Shown: positions 28,315-38,494 of the stretch, one piece after another | How positions within the stretch are numbered: the stretch's first letter is position 1 | How the letters are laid out: each line of letters begins with the position of its first letter | From: a virus | IMG/VR virus record: IMGVR_UViG_3300025646_008465 | Coordinates: 12,265-76,264 of that record | Direction: 5' to 3' (one strand) | DNA length: 64,000 nt | Notes under the pieces: model-generated | Told to the model about the DNA's origin: nothing | What the model saw: the letters and a program-made list of their open reading frames with translations, nothing else | The model's database searches: none | Translations under genes and position numbers: made by a program

Positions 28315-31300
28315 TTATTGCATTCTGTATGCTGAAATTCCTAATGCTGTACCTACTTTATTACCATCTAAAGTTACTGTGCCTTCTTTAGCTGCTAATC
28401 GTTCCATAACCATACGTAATGCTCTAAGTTCATTTAATACATCGGCACTACCTAAACTTACTGCACCCTTAGGAGCACTTACAACATCGTCTCCAAATAA
28501 ATTAGTACCAGCAATTACTGTATCTTTGTCATTTAATTGAACAGCACCCTCAGGACCAAATAATGTACGTTTACCATATCCTGGACGAGAAACCATATCA
28601 TCCCCAAAGGTATTTAATACTAATTTACCTAATGAAGGGCCCCCTACGTAATCTGAAATAGCACTTCCAAGCATTCTGCCTAAAGCATCACCTCCTGTAT
28701 AAGCTAATGTTGAAAGCAACCAACCGGGAATACCTACAGCTTGCAAACTTGAAACACCAGCGGCTGCTAATGATCCTCCTAATAAACCTAAACCACTACT
28801 AATAATAGTTCTACCAATTTCAGATTCAGTTTCACCACGAGTTAATCCTCCTTCTTTCATGATAGCATTAACATCTTGACCCGCAAATAAAGCTTCCATA
28901 AGAACTCCTAAAACTGGGATTTTGCCAAAAAGTTTTTTCATAAAAGTACCTACAGGACCTTTAGCAGCTTTAAACATAGGTTTAATTTTACTTCCTATAT
29001 TTTTAGCAAACCAATCTTTTACTTTTTTCATACCCCAATCACTGGCATTGCTTATAGCTTTACCAGCATTTCCTACTAAGTTTTTAGCACCTTTATAAGC
29101 TTTAGAAGCTGTAGATTTGATACCACTCCACATTTTTCCAAAAAATCCTTGTTGGGCTTTTGGTTTTGGTTTTGGTTTTGGTTTTGTTTTTGGTCCTTGA
29201 GATCCTTTTGATCCTTTTGATCCTTTTGATCCTTGAGCTTCTGCTTCTGGTCCTTTGTTTCCAAGTCCCATTAAAGCCATGGGGGTCATTGATAAAGCCA
29301 TATTACCGGCACCTGCCGCTACGCTTTTTATTGAATCCCACCAACTTGTTTTTTTCTCTGTTGTTTTCTTAAGGTCTTTAGCAACTTTATCAGCGGCTGA
29401 TTTAGCATCTTTATCGTTTCCTAATTCTCTTTTAACTTCACCAGCTAAAGCATAGGCCTTAGCTTGAGCTAAATTATCACCTGTATATTTTGTTCCTCTA
29501 TATTCTAAAGTAACTTTTTTAGATGTATCATCTTGAGATACTTTACTATAGGTTTCAATAGAGGCTTCTATAGCTTTTTTCTTGGCATCTTTATCTTTTT
29601 TAGCTTGGGCTGCTGCCGCGGCTACAGCCGCACCTGCATCTACACCACCACCTTGTTGTTCTTCTTCACCTCCTGAAAATGCTCCGGACAGTGCTTGCAT
29701 TCCAAATCCTAATCCTAGATTTAAAAGCATTGCCCCAGCATTCCCTCGTAGTCTTGGTTTAAATCTACTACGAGTAGTAGGTTTAGGGGTTTTATTAGAT
29801 TTATAACGTCTATCAAGTGTACCATCTTTTTTTCGAGGACCGCTAGTGTTGGAAGGACCGGATGAAGTCGAAGGACCATACATCATATCGGATGCTGACT
29901 GATTCATACCAGGTACTCCTCCTGCAGGCATATTAGTTACTCTTACAAATGAAGGATTAAAGGATGTTGCTCCTCTTTCAAACATTTTACCTAAACCTGG
30001 GAATATGAATTCTAATGTTTTTTTAGCAGCAGCTCCTGCAATAAATGAAGTTAACAATGTTTTAAACATTGGATTTTGGAGCAACTTATCAAACATTTTG
30101 ACAATTACAAGCACAGCTTTTCTACCGGCTTCCATTCCTTCTTTTAAAGCTCTAAATGTTTCAGAATTTTTAAGTTCTTTAAAGAAATTATATGCTTTTC
30201 CTATAAATGATTCGGGATTAGTTAAGTCACCTCCTGTCAATATAGCTCTTACATCACGTAAACCTTTATTAATAAAACCTGATTGAGGGTCAAAAACTGC
30301 TTTGAACACTCCATGTATTTTACCTCCCTCTTGGGTCATCATCTGAAGCATACCCACAATATTTTCTTTTATATCTTCAAATATTTTCTTGGTTTCATCA
30401 TTCATCCACCAAGCTTCAAATTGACCCCCAAACAATTCCATTATTGGTTCCTTGATAGAAATCATGAAACTGTCAACCCAATCTCCAAAGCTTTTGAAAG
30501 CAGCACCAAATTTTCCTAATCTTGCTGCTAAACCTCTTTGTCTCATTTCTTCGGATTCAGCCATAGTTGCCGCTCCTTTTCGAATATCTGCTCCTTTTTG
30601 TAAACTATTATTTAAGTCTCCTTGAACAGTAGTCATTGTTCGGTTAGCATCCAAAATAGATGATACTTTGTCTTCACTAATACCTAAAGTTTTAGTGATA
30701 GCATCCATAATAAATTGGTTGTTTGAAGCATCACCTCCAATTTGCTTGGTAATACGAGCAATTTCTTTATTTAATCCAGCAAAGTCACGTGTTGCTGCTA
30801 ATTCTCTTGCTTTGGTAAGATCAATATCTTTACCAGTTAATAATCTTAATTCTTGTTCAGATGAAATACTTTCTTCTAAGTTTAAGAATCCTTTAGCAGA
30901 ATCTAAAGCATCTTCTAATTCTAAACCTAATTTTTTAGATGAAAGAACGGCAGCTATAATTGCATCTTTTGAACCTCCTAATGCTCTTTGAATATTACGA
31001 GAAGTTTTATTCACAGCTTCAAATGCTACTTTTTGACTAACTGCTATATTTTGTGATTTAATTTGAGCTGCAATTTGGTTATTCATCTCGTCAACAACCG
31101 TACCGGCATCTTCACCTAAAATTTTAGCATATTTTTGTGCTGCCGCTAAAGATTCAGCAGAATAACCAGCATAAATGTTTAATTTAACAAATCTATCTAA
31201 GGTTTTACCTGATAGTTGTTCTGTGGAGTTCATAGCATTGTAAATACCTTCTATAGCAGATGCGGCTTGACCCGATGTAGGACCTAATCCTGCTACTTGA

Positions 31301-32169
31301 CTATATAATTTACCGGCTGCTTCTTGGCTTAAACCAATGTTTCGAGCTAAACCTTGCATTTCCCCAGAAGTAACTTGAGCTACCTCCATGTACTTATCTT
31401 TAGCTTCTTTACCCATATCGATAAACTTGCGAACAACTTTACCAACTAGTCCAAAAGCTCCTTTAACTAAACTAACTGCCCCTTTAATCATAACTAAAGG
31501 ATCAAATAAATGTTTAATTAAAGATTTACCTAAAAATGCAAAAGTAGAACCTAAAATTTTAAATTTAGAACCAAGCCCTCCAGCATTTCCCTTAGCGTCA
31601 ACTATTTTTTTAGCCATAGCTGCAGCTCTATCTTGAGCTTCTTGAAGGGTATCAGCTATTCCATCAAAACCTAATTTTCCAGCTAACTTTCCAATACCTT
31701 TAATAGCAGAACCTGTGAGTCCCATGGTTTGGCTAATATCCTTAGAATATTTTAACTGGGCTTGCATTGAATCTTCAACTTCTTTGTTGTATGATTCAAT
31801 TTTAGCTAATTCATTTTTTAATTGTTTAGCGTTTCCAACACCACTTCTTTCAGCTATTTCAATTTGATTTTTTAATGCTTGGATTTTAGCTGTGCGGTTT
31901 TGGATTTCAGCTGTAATATCTTTATAGGTTAGAATACCTTTATTAGCTTTTTCTTGGTTTCTAACCAATACGTCTGTAGACTTAGCTAAGCTATTAATTG
32001 TACCTGTAACGTCTTTGGCTAAGGTTTTGGCAGAGTTTTGTCCTGCTGTTAAAGCTTGGGCAAAAATATCACCAATGTTGGATGCAATACTTCTAAGAGC
32101 ATCTTCAACCACTACTTGGGTTTCATCTGCAATCTTTTTTATTCTTTCTCCTTCGTTTTGCTTTGCCAT
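28315..32169 (-). CDS. tail tape measure protein
   Basis: 1284-aa helical Ala/Gly/Lys-rich protein after the tail chaperones; terminal VTLDGNKVG. Confidence 0.85.
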   Translation of the reverse strand: MAKQNEGERIKKIADETQVVVEDALRSIASNIGDIFAQALTAGQNSAKTLAKDVTGTINSLAKSTDVLVRNQEKANKGILTYKDITAEIQNRTAKIQALKNQIEIAERSGVGNAKQLKNELAKIESYNKEVEDSMQAQLKYSKDISQTMGLTGSAIKGIGKLAGKLGFDGIADTLQEAQDRAAAMAKKIVDAKGNAGGLGSKFKILGSTFAFLGKSLIKHLFDPLVMIKGAVSLVKGAFGLVGKVVRKFIDMGKEAKDKYMEVAQVTSGEMQGLARNIGLSQEAAGKLYSQVAGLGPTSGQAASAIEGIYNAMNSTEQLSGKTLDRFVKLNIYAGYSAESLAAAQKYAKILGEDAGTVVDEMNNQIAAQIKSQNIAVSQKVAFEAVNKTSRNIQRALGGSKDAIIAAVLSSKKLGLELEDALDSAKGFLNLEESISSEQELRLLTGKDIDLTKARELAATRDFAGLNKEIARITKQIGGDASNNQFIMDAITKTLGISEDKVSSILDANRTMTTVQGDLNNSLQKGADIRKGAATMAESEEMRQRGLAARLGKFGAAFKSFGDWVDSFMISIKEPIMELFGGQFEAWWMNDETKKIFEDIKENIVGMLQMMTQEGGKIHGVFKAVFDPQSGFINKGLRDVRAILTGGDLTNPESFIGKAYNFFKELKNSETFRALKEGMEAGRKAVLVIVKMFDKLLQNPMFKTLLTSFIAGAAAKKTLEFIFPGLGKMFERGATSFNPSFVRVTNMPAGGVPGMNQSASDMMYGPSTSSGPSNTSGPRKKDGTLDRRYKSNKTPKPTTRSRFKPRLRGNAGAMLLNLGLGFGMQALSGAFSGGEEEQQGGGVDAGAAVAAAAAQAKKDKDAKKKAIEASIETYSKVSQDDTSKKVTLEYRGTKYTGDNLAQAKAYALAGEVKRELGNDKDAKSAADKVAKDLKKTTEKKTSWWDSIKSVAAGAGNMALSMTPMALMGLGNKGPEAEAQGSKGSKGSKGSQGPKTKPKPKPKPKAQQGFFGKMWSGIKSTASKAYKGAKNLVGNAGKAISNASDWGMKKVKDWFAKNIGSKIKPMFKAAKGPVGTFMKKLFGKIPVLGVLMEALFAGQDVNAIMKEGGLTRGETESEIGRTIISSGLGLLGGSLAAAGVSSLQAVGIPGWLLSTLAYTGGDALGRMLGSAISDYVGGPSLGKLVLNTFGDDMVSRPGYGKRTLFGPEGAVQLNDKDTVIAGTNLFGDDVVSAPKGAVSLGSADVLNELRALRMVMERLAAKEGTVTLDGNKVGTALGISAYRMQ

Positions 32170-32194
32170 GTTTTAATCAGGTCAATGTATATGG

Positions 32195-32202
32195 TATAAA
32201 TA
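32195..32202 (-). promoter_or_regulatory. putative late promoter TATTTATA
   Basis: 26 nt upstream of the TMP ATG. Confidence 0.65.
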
Positions 32203-32205
32203 TTG

Positions 32206-32231
32206 GAAGGCGTCATTTTCTTGACGCCTTC
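32206..32231. other. perfect 10-bp hairpin over the chaperone stop codon
   Basis: GAAGGCGTCA-TTTTCT-TGACGCCTTC; no clear U tract. Confidence 0.6.
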
Positions 32232-32510
32232 GCAATGTAATCAGGAACAGTTTGTTGTGGTTTTGATACTGCACCTGCAGCTTTCATATTTGCAATGGAT
32301 TGTTCAGCTACGTTTTGGGATGAATTTTGATTATTTTCTTTTTCATACCACTCAACAAGCTTATGCCACGTAAATTTTCTAAGCCATAAAGGCATATTAT
32401 ACACGCTCACCCAATCATAGCCGCCTTTACCATGAAATACTATCTCGTGAATTTGTGTAAATACGTCTCCTCTATAAACTAGAGCTTCCTCAGGCGTCAG
32501 GGAAAAAAAA
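32213..32510 (-). CDS. tail assembly chaperone C-terminal extension (probably expressed by frameshift)
   Basis: QIHEIVFHG.GGY.W..VYNMPLWLR; no convincing start of its own; overlaps the upstream ORF at a U8 run. Confidence 0.65.
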
Positions 32511-33284
32511 GTTGGCTCCCAGGGGTAATGTAATAATTTGATCTTCCCCACCTACATTGATACTAATATCCATATCAATATCTGGTTGGATATCTCTAAC
32601 ATATTCTCTTAAAGCTTTTGAATCTCTAGCTAACATATAGTTATCAATGAAATCACGAACACTTTTAGGACTATTATCCCCATTTACAGAAGTAATAATA
32701 TACTTTAAACGGGTAGTAAGTTCAGGAACATCATTTTTATTGATTTTCTTTAAACCTTTAAGTTCTTGTTCAATTTTCTTTTCAAGACCTCCATTAATTA
32801 ACTGGAAAGTTACTTCTACTTTAGAAGCAGGAAGTACATAGGTAAATTCATTTTTACCTTTAGTAAACAATTCTAAATTAAGTTGTTTATTTTCAATTGT
32901 AGTTAAATCAATTGTATGTTCTTCACCATCATACTCGAAAGTATAATCTTTACCATATCCTAAAATACGAGAAGCAATTAAGATAGCGTTTTTATCACCA
33001 ATAAAAATATCATCATAATTAACCTTAGTTACAATTAGGGACTGCAATAGTTTATCTAATACAATACCTTGAGAAATGTAATTTTGGTTAGTTAAAATGT
33101 CTTCTTCTTTGGCAGTCATGTACTTCATTTCAATAGTACCTCCTGACAATGGGTGACCTTCGGGATAGAGTAAACCTTTAGAGGGCAACTCTACAGTTTC
33201 GGTAGGAAACTGGAATGAGTGAACTGTTGGGTCCTTAACTAGTGAAGGAGTTGGTTCAACAACTTGTGGATTTTCTTGTTCCAT
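32490..33284 (-). CDS. tail assembly chaperone / gp26-like baseplate assembly protein
   Basis: VELPSKG..YP, MTAKEEDIL, GDKNAILIASR..GYG; lies between tube and TMP genes. Confidence 0.8.
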   Translation of the reverse strand: MEQENPQVVEPTPSLVKDPTVHSFQFPTETVELPSKGLLYPEGHPLSGGTIEMKYMTAKEEDILTNQNYISQGIVLDKLLQSLIVTKVNYDDIFIGDKNAILIASRILGYGKDYTFEYDGEEHTIDLTTIENKQLNLELFTKGKNEFTYVLPASKVEVTFQLINGGLEKKIEQELKGLKKINKNDVPELTTRLKYIITSVNGDNSPKSVRDFIDNYMLARDSKALREYVRDIQPDIDMDISINVGGEDQIITLPLGANFFFPDA

Positions 33285-33323
33285 AGATTTTATTAATTAA
33301 TAACTATTATCGATAATACATAT

Positions 33324-33355
33324 ACAATATAAAAAAGAGCTTGACATAAGCCAAG
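33324..33355 (-). promoter_or_regulatory. host-type promoter variant overlapping a terminator
   Basis: CTTG-N20-TATATTGT. Confidence 0.45.
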
Positions 33356-33360
33356 CTCTC
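33331..33360 (-). terminator. intrinsic terminator after the tail tube gene
   Basis: GAGCTTG/CAAGCTC stem plus U6. Confidence 0.8.
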
Positions 33361-33383
33361 TTTAAAAAAATCGCAAAATTTTC

Positions 33384-33872
33384 TTAGTAATTCAATACGC
33401 AGTAATCCATACCTAACACTACTGTTAAGTTTTGGGCAGCTGCTTCGTTATCCCAGTTGTATTCACCGAATTCAGCTGATTTAATGAAGGAACCTTTAAT
33501 AACCCATTCTGATACTTTGTCACCTACAGGACCTAATACGTTAATAGTTACATCTTTCTTATAGAAATCTGAATAACCATCACGGCCAGTTACTGATTCG
33601 TGGTGTAAACGTACCCATTCCATTACTGCTTGAGCACCTGAAGGAGTGATAGGATCGAATAAAGTTAATGTTAAGTCATTCCACTTCAACTTACCTTTAA
33701 TTTTTCTATAGGTGTTGATATGATTGAGTACAATTTCTTCCTGCGAGAAGCCGACAGATGAGATTGCTTTGATAGTATACGATGGAATACCGTCTACATA
33801 CATGATAAATCTATTCTGTACTTTCGGTTCGAAAGCTGTAAAGAAAATTTCGTTGGGATCTAATACTGCCAT
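33384..33872 (-). CDS. tail tube protein (T4 gp19-like)
   Basis: FEPK..NRF, GK..W, YKKD, W...G; follows the sheath gene; late motif at 33899-33906. Confidence 0.88.
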   Translation of the reverse strand: MAVLDPNEIFFTAFEPKVQNRFIMYVDGIPSYTIKAISSVGFSQEEIVLNHINTYRKIKGKLKWNDLTLTLFDPITPSGAQAVMEWVRLHHESVTGRDGYSDFYKKDVTINVLGPVGDKVSEWVIKGSFIKSAEFGEYNWDNEAAAQNLTVVLGMDYCVLNY

Positions 33873-33922
33873 TTTGCGTTATAATTAATGTGTTTTATTA
33901 TAAATATTCAATTTTTAAACTT

Positions 33923-35629
33923 TTATGATGGGAAGCTAACTCCAGTTGGCAACACGTTGAAATCTAACAAAATGTATTCAGCTGTTTTAGTAGGTTGTAA
34001 GTAAATTTGACCTACTAACTGATTTCTGTCGATTACGTCTGCTGTGTTATTGCTATCATCCATAATTACTTTAAATGCATACAAACCTTGACGTTGTTGT
34101 ACTGATTGTAAGTAAGGATTAACTTGGCTTAAGAATGCATTTCTAGTAGATGCGGTATTTTGTTCAAATACTAAATTATCAGATACTTGAGAAATGTAAG
34201 ATTTAAGTTCAATTAACAATCTTCTAACATTGATACGGTCAAGTGCAGTTGCTTTAGTCTGTAATGTTTTCTGACCAAATACTACTGTTCCAGCTCCAGG
34301 GAATGAAGCGATCGGGTTTACTTTTCCTTGATATAATGTATCTCTATCAGATTGAGATAATTTTCTTTCAGGACGTACTACTGTAGCTAATCCACCTCTA
34401 TTCAAACCAGCAGGTGCGAACCAAGCTTCACCTACTTTATCGTTGTAAGCATATACTCCAGGGATCATTGTTGAGGCAGGAACCCATACTAAGTTGCCTG
34501 ATTCAGGATCTGTGGTTTGTAACCAAGGAGCGTAAGTAGCAGCGTAGCTAGAATTATAAGCTCCGGCATTGGAAGTCATTGTGTTTAATGTAGCACCGTA
34601 AACTGCAGGATCTACAACAGCAATTGCATCACCTCTTTCTTGAACCATATTGATCAATGAAGTAACAACTGAAGAAGCTTGACCGATAATCAAACCAGGA
34701 GCTGTGATTGAATTAAATTGATATTCATCAGCATTGCTCAATAAGTTAATTGATTGAGTATAGTCAGCTGCTCTAACACCTTGTAAGTTATTAGCACCTG
34801 TAATGTTTTGGTAGTACAAATCACTTCCATGAGTAATAGTACCAGTAGCTCCTGCAAATGAGCCACTTGCTACTTTAGGTAATGAACCAGTAAATGCAGC
34901 TTTAGCATTTCCGTTATTATCAAAATAGTTAGGAGTATTACTTACTTGAGAAACGTATACGTAATTTGATTTAGCAGGATATGAACCAGAAACTTTAACA
35001 TAAGGAACTGCGTCTGAAGTATCAACTACTGAATAAGAATCACCAATTACTTTAGAGATATAGTTATCAGCATAAGGGTCAAGTGATAAGTTAGCCCAAG
35101 TTTCTAATACAGTTTTTTCGTTTGTAGTGTCATCACCTCTTCTAATCAACAAGTTGAATGTGCCTGAAGATGTGTTGTTAGAAACAATTTCCCATCTTAA
35201 GTTATCGGATGAACCACTTACTAAAGCTCCGTTAGTTTCAGAACCAGAACTGTTCATGATAACACCCTGACCAAATGTTTTTAAAGTAAATGAAGTTACG
35301 TCAGCGTCGCTACCAGTAATTACAGTTGAAGTTGCTGATGTGAATGAGCCACTTGCTACTCTTGTTACTAACAATGTAGTACCACCATTTGAGAAATAGT
35401 TGTAAGCTGAAATTGAGGTTAAAAATGATTTAACTTCACTCCCGCTTGTAAAAGTAGTACCGAATTTGTTTACGTATTGACTATAAGAGGTAACCAATGT
35501 AGGAATGCCAACTGGTCCTTTTACTGTAGGACCAAGAATAGCGGCACCAGCTTGAATCGGTTGTGATGTGATAGCCGACATGTCGTTCTCTCTAGCTAAT
35601 ACACCCGGTGATAATAATGTTTCTGCCAT
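33923..35629 (-). CDS. contractile tail sheath protein (T4 gp18-like)
   Basis: LSPGV..RE.D, WFAPAGLNRG, LY..KVNPI, GQKT, RINVRRL, FEQN; late motif at 35652-35659. Confidence 0.95.
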   Translation of the reverse strand: MAETLLSPGVLARENDMSAITSQPIQAGAAILGPTVKGPVGIPTLVTSYSQYVNKFGTTFTSGSEVKSFLTSISAYNYFSNGGTTLLVTRVASGSFTSATSTVITGSDADVTSFTLKTFGQGVIMNSSGSETNGALVSGSSDNLRWEIVSNNTSSGTFNLLIRRGDDTTNEKTVLETWANLSLDPYADNYISKVIGDSYSVVDTSDAVPYVKVSGSYPAKSNYVYVSQVSNTPNYFDNNGNAKAAFTGSLPKVASGSFAGATGTITHGSDLYYQNITGANNLQGVRAADYTQSINLLSNADEYQFNSITAPGLIIGQASSVVTSLINMVQERGDAIAVVDPAVYGATLNTMTSNAGAYNSSYAATYAPWLQTTDPESGNLVWVPASTMIPGVYAYNDKVGEAWFAPAGLNRGGLATVVRPERKLSQSDRDTLYQGKVNPIASFPGAGTVVFGQKTLQTKATALDRINVRRLLIELKSYISQVSDNLVFEQNTASTRNAFLSQVNPYLQSVQQRQGLYAFKVIMDDSNNTADVIDRNQLVGQIYLQPTKTAEYILLDFNVLPTGVSFPS

Positions 35630-35748
35630 TTTGATTTAGGTTATGTTTTGTTATAAATATTATATTTTTTTTTAAAAGTCAATTTAAGCTAAAATTGTTT
35701 TTTTAACTAAATTGTATTTTTCCCTATAAATAAATATTATAACTTTTA

Positions 35749-36945
35749 TCAAAAATGTAAAACTTTTTTTACAGAACTAATTACTTTTGCAGGAGTAATA
35801 GATTTAGTACATTCAAATTGGCGGGGTGTGTCTTTATGATCAGGACACCATTCCCAATCACCAGGATTTAACCATTCACGATTAAAACATCCGCTGCAAA
35901 ATCCTTTAGGGGCACCAATACGCTCACAGTCTTCAAATTCAGTATGTTCTTCACTAAATCCTGAAATTAAAACAACAGGAGTTCCAATAGCCCATGCTAA
36001 CCAAGATAAACCACTACCAACACCAATAAAAGCTTCGGCATGTTTAATTTGGTTCATTCTTACTTCAATAGGTTTATCACCGGTTTCATCAATTACATTT
36101 TGTAAAGTACCTCCTAATTTAGAATCGTGCCAATCATCATTTAAGGGTTCATGTGTAATCATCATTACCTTATAACCCTCTTCATTCAATTCATCAATTA
36201 CTTTTTGCCAACCACCGGGGTAATTCCAATACTTAGCGTGAGCTGAAGCATGAGGTGCAATTACAACATATTTTTCTTCAATAGGACGTCCTGTATCTTT
36301 AAAATTAACTCTGGGTTTGATTTCTTTATAGTTTAGTCCTAAAATATCAGTTGCGGTAGCTTGTAAAGGAATTGGTTTAAAATCACGAGGTACTCTATCT
36401 TTATTAAAGGTTCTATCATCATTATAAAACCAACCAATTCCATACATTGCATATAAATCAAATACTTCTTTTCCGGGTTCTATAAATTCAAGTTCAGGAT
36501 ATAAATCTTGAAACCATTCATTTTTAAAAGTTGATACTATAACATGGCAACCCCAAACTTTTTTAAATTCTTCAATATAAGGAAACCAAGCTAAAGTATC
36601 TCCAATAGCTGATGAATCTAGATGAATATAAACTCGTTTACCTTTAGCATCATAATTATGTTCAAATACTAATTCATTAGTTTCTTTATCATAAACTTTA
36701 ATACCCCAATTTGTAAAATATTTACGATTAGTTCGAGTCCACATATTGTTTGTAATCACAGTATCATGGATAATTTCATTATTAGAATTATCTGTAATTA
36801 TAACTCTATAATTTTTTTTCTGACTACCTGAAACTTCAACAAATGCTCCTTCAATAAAATTAATGTTAAAAGTATTACCTAAAGTTTTAATAGGCAATCT
36901 AAGGTTTACTAAGGTGTTGTATTCTTGTATTAATTCTTTTTTCAT
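35749..36945 (-). CDS. TibC/Aah-like (autotransporter heptosyltransferase family) protein O-glycosyltransferase
   Basis: N-terminal beta domain (KYFTNW..VFEHNYD), IGDTLAWFPY, AKYWN..GW, FIGVGSGLSWLAWA..TPVVLISGFS, and four-Cys cluster CSGC..WCP..RQFECTK. Confidence 0.85.
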   Translation of the reverse strand: MKKELIQEYNTLVNLRLPIKTLGNTFNINFIEGAFVEVSGSQKKNYRVIITDNSNNEIIHDTVITNNMWTRTNRKYFTNWGIKVYDKETNELVFEHNYDAKGKRVYIHLDSSAIGDTLAWFPYIEEFKKVWGCHVIVSTFKNEWFQDLYPELEFIEPGKEVFDLYAMYGIGWFYNDDRTFNKDRVPRDFKPIPLQATATDILGLNYKEIKPRVNFKDTGRPIEEKYVVIAPHASAHAKYWNYPGGWQKVIDELNEEGYKVMMITHEPLNDDWHDSKLGGTLQNVIDETGDKPIEVRMNQIKHAEAFIGVGSGLSWLAWAIGTPVVLISGFSEEHTEFEDCERIGAPKGFCSGCFNREWLNPGDWEWCPDHKDTPRQFECTKSITPAKVISSVKKVLHF

Positions 36946-37895
36946 AACACTTGATTATAAATGTTTATTAAATCTTTTGTTCTATTTTCCCAACTAAAAT
37001 CTTTACCAGTTTGAATTGCTGATTTGGTGTAGTGATCCCATTGGTTTAAAATATCATTTAAACCTTCTTCCATACGGAATATATTGCGAGGAGCTCTCCA
37101 CATTCCAAAAAAATCAGTTTCCATTTCAATCCATCCTATAATAGGCAAACCACAAGCTGCTGCTTCTAATAATGTAAGGTTAGGATGACCCGCTTCTAAT
37201 TCTGAAGGATGTAAGAAAATATCATGGTTCCAGTAAATTTGTCTTAATTCTAAATTTGAGGGTTCCCAAATAAATTTAAGTTTGGGGTAATTTAAAACCC
37301 ATAAATTTTCATTTATCCAATTTTCATTGTTTTTAGGACCTACAATTGTAATAGGCAAATTACGTTTCATAGCTAAACCTACACCATAAGCAAATCCTTT
37401 TCTATCATGTCCATTTTTACCACCCATACCATTATTAGCTAACATAAGTAGTTTTGGTTCAATAGGTCTAGGTTTAGATATAGTTTTAGGATAAAAATCA
37501 TTAGTATTTACTCCATGTGGAAAATAAACACATTTAGGGTGTTTAAAATAATCTACTAACCATTTAGCAGGCATAAGTGAAATTAAAGAACCTTCAATAG
37601 CTTCTAAATTTTCTTTATAAACATGAGAATCTTCACCATAATACATTACATGGTGATCATGTAATTGATAGATATAGGGTATGCCACGATGTTTAAGATC
37701 AATTGCTAAATTAGCTACATGACAATGGACAATATCAAACTCACCAAGGTTTATATACCCCCCAAGACGATGAGTAGATTCATGGCCTAATTTTCTTTGG
37801 TTTACTTCAAATTCCCAAATAATTTTTTCAATAGCCCCCCAGTTTTTAGGAGGAATATCTAAACCACAAGCGGGATCTACATGGCAAATTTTCAT
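36942..37895 (-). CDS. GT4-family glycosyltransferase
   Basis: IPPKNWGAIEK, PHGV, HPSELEAGHPNLTLLEAAACGLPII. Confidence 0.88.
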   Translation of the reverse strand: MKICHVDPACGLDIPPKNWGAIEKIIWEFEVNQRKLGHESTHRLGGYINLGEFDIVHCHVANLAIDLKHRGIPYIYQLHDHHVMYYGEDSHVYKENLEAIEGSLISLMPAKWLVDYFKHPKCVYFPHGVNTNDFYPKTISKPRPIEPKLLMLANNGMGGKNGHDRKGFAYGVGLAMKRNLPITIVGPKNNENWINENLWVLNYPKLKFIWEPSNLELRQIYWNHDIFLHPSELEAGHPNLTLLEAAACGLPIIGWIEMETDFFGMWRAPRNIFRMEEGLNDILNQWDHYTKSAIQTGKDFSWENRTKDLINIYNQVL

Positions 37896-38494
37896 AGGTT
37901 TTTATTTTTAGCGTAAATCATACCTAAGTTATAATCTTTATGAATATGTTCAAAATTAGTTGCAAAGTTATTTTTACTAAACATTTCTAAGATTTCAAAT
38001 ATTTTATAATAATTTTCATATATGTCATGAACTTCAATAGCAAATTGATTTATTCGAGAAATTTCTTGGGGTGTAGCGTTTAATAATAAAGGATATTCCC
38101 AATATTCGATATCAATCTTACAAAAATCAACTTTACTTAATTTAAACTGATTGAAAATAGTTGTAAAATTATAATGGTTTGGTTCTATTCTATCACTAAC
38201 AAATCCTTTTATAGTTGTTACTTTAGGATTATTACAAAAATTTAAATCTAAACAATTATAATAATTTTCAGAACATTCAAAAGAATAAACATGATGTGCT
38301 CCTTTATTTAAGGCATATTTTGTAAAACTTCCAACATTAGCTCCTAAATCTAAAACAATATCATAAGGACGAATTTGCAACCCATGACGATCGTATTCAT
38401 GTTCTTCCCAAATTTCTTTTTTTACATTGATAAGCCAATTTTCATCCACATCTTGTGGAAAATAAAACCCTTCGATTACTTTAAAACTGTTCAT
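37892..38494 (-). CDS. FkbM-family SAM-dependent methyltransferase
   Basis: VLDLGANVGSF, YSFE, KIDIE..E, IEVH. Confidence 0.88.
   Translation of the reverse strand: MNSFKVIEGFYFPQDVDENWLINVKKEIWEEHEYDRHGLQIRPYDIVLDLGANVGSFTKYALNKGAHHVYSFECSENYYNCLDLNFCNNPKVTTIKGFVSDRIEPNHYNFTTIFNQFKLSKVDFCKIDIEYWEYPLLLNATPQEISRINQFAIEVHDIYENYYKIFEILEMFSKNNFATNFEHIHKDYNLGMIYAKNKNL

Noticed and set aside
29076-31636. Alternate-frame repeat ORFs in the tape measure gene (KDQ/QN and VL repeats)
   Set aside because: Frame shadows of the GSK/PK microrepeats and of Ala-rich codons
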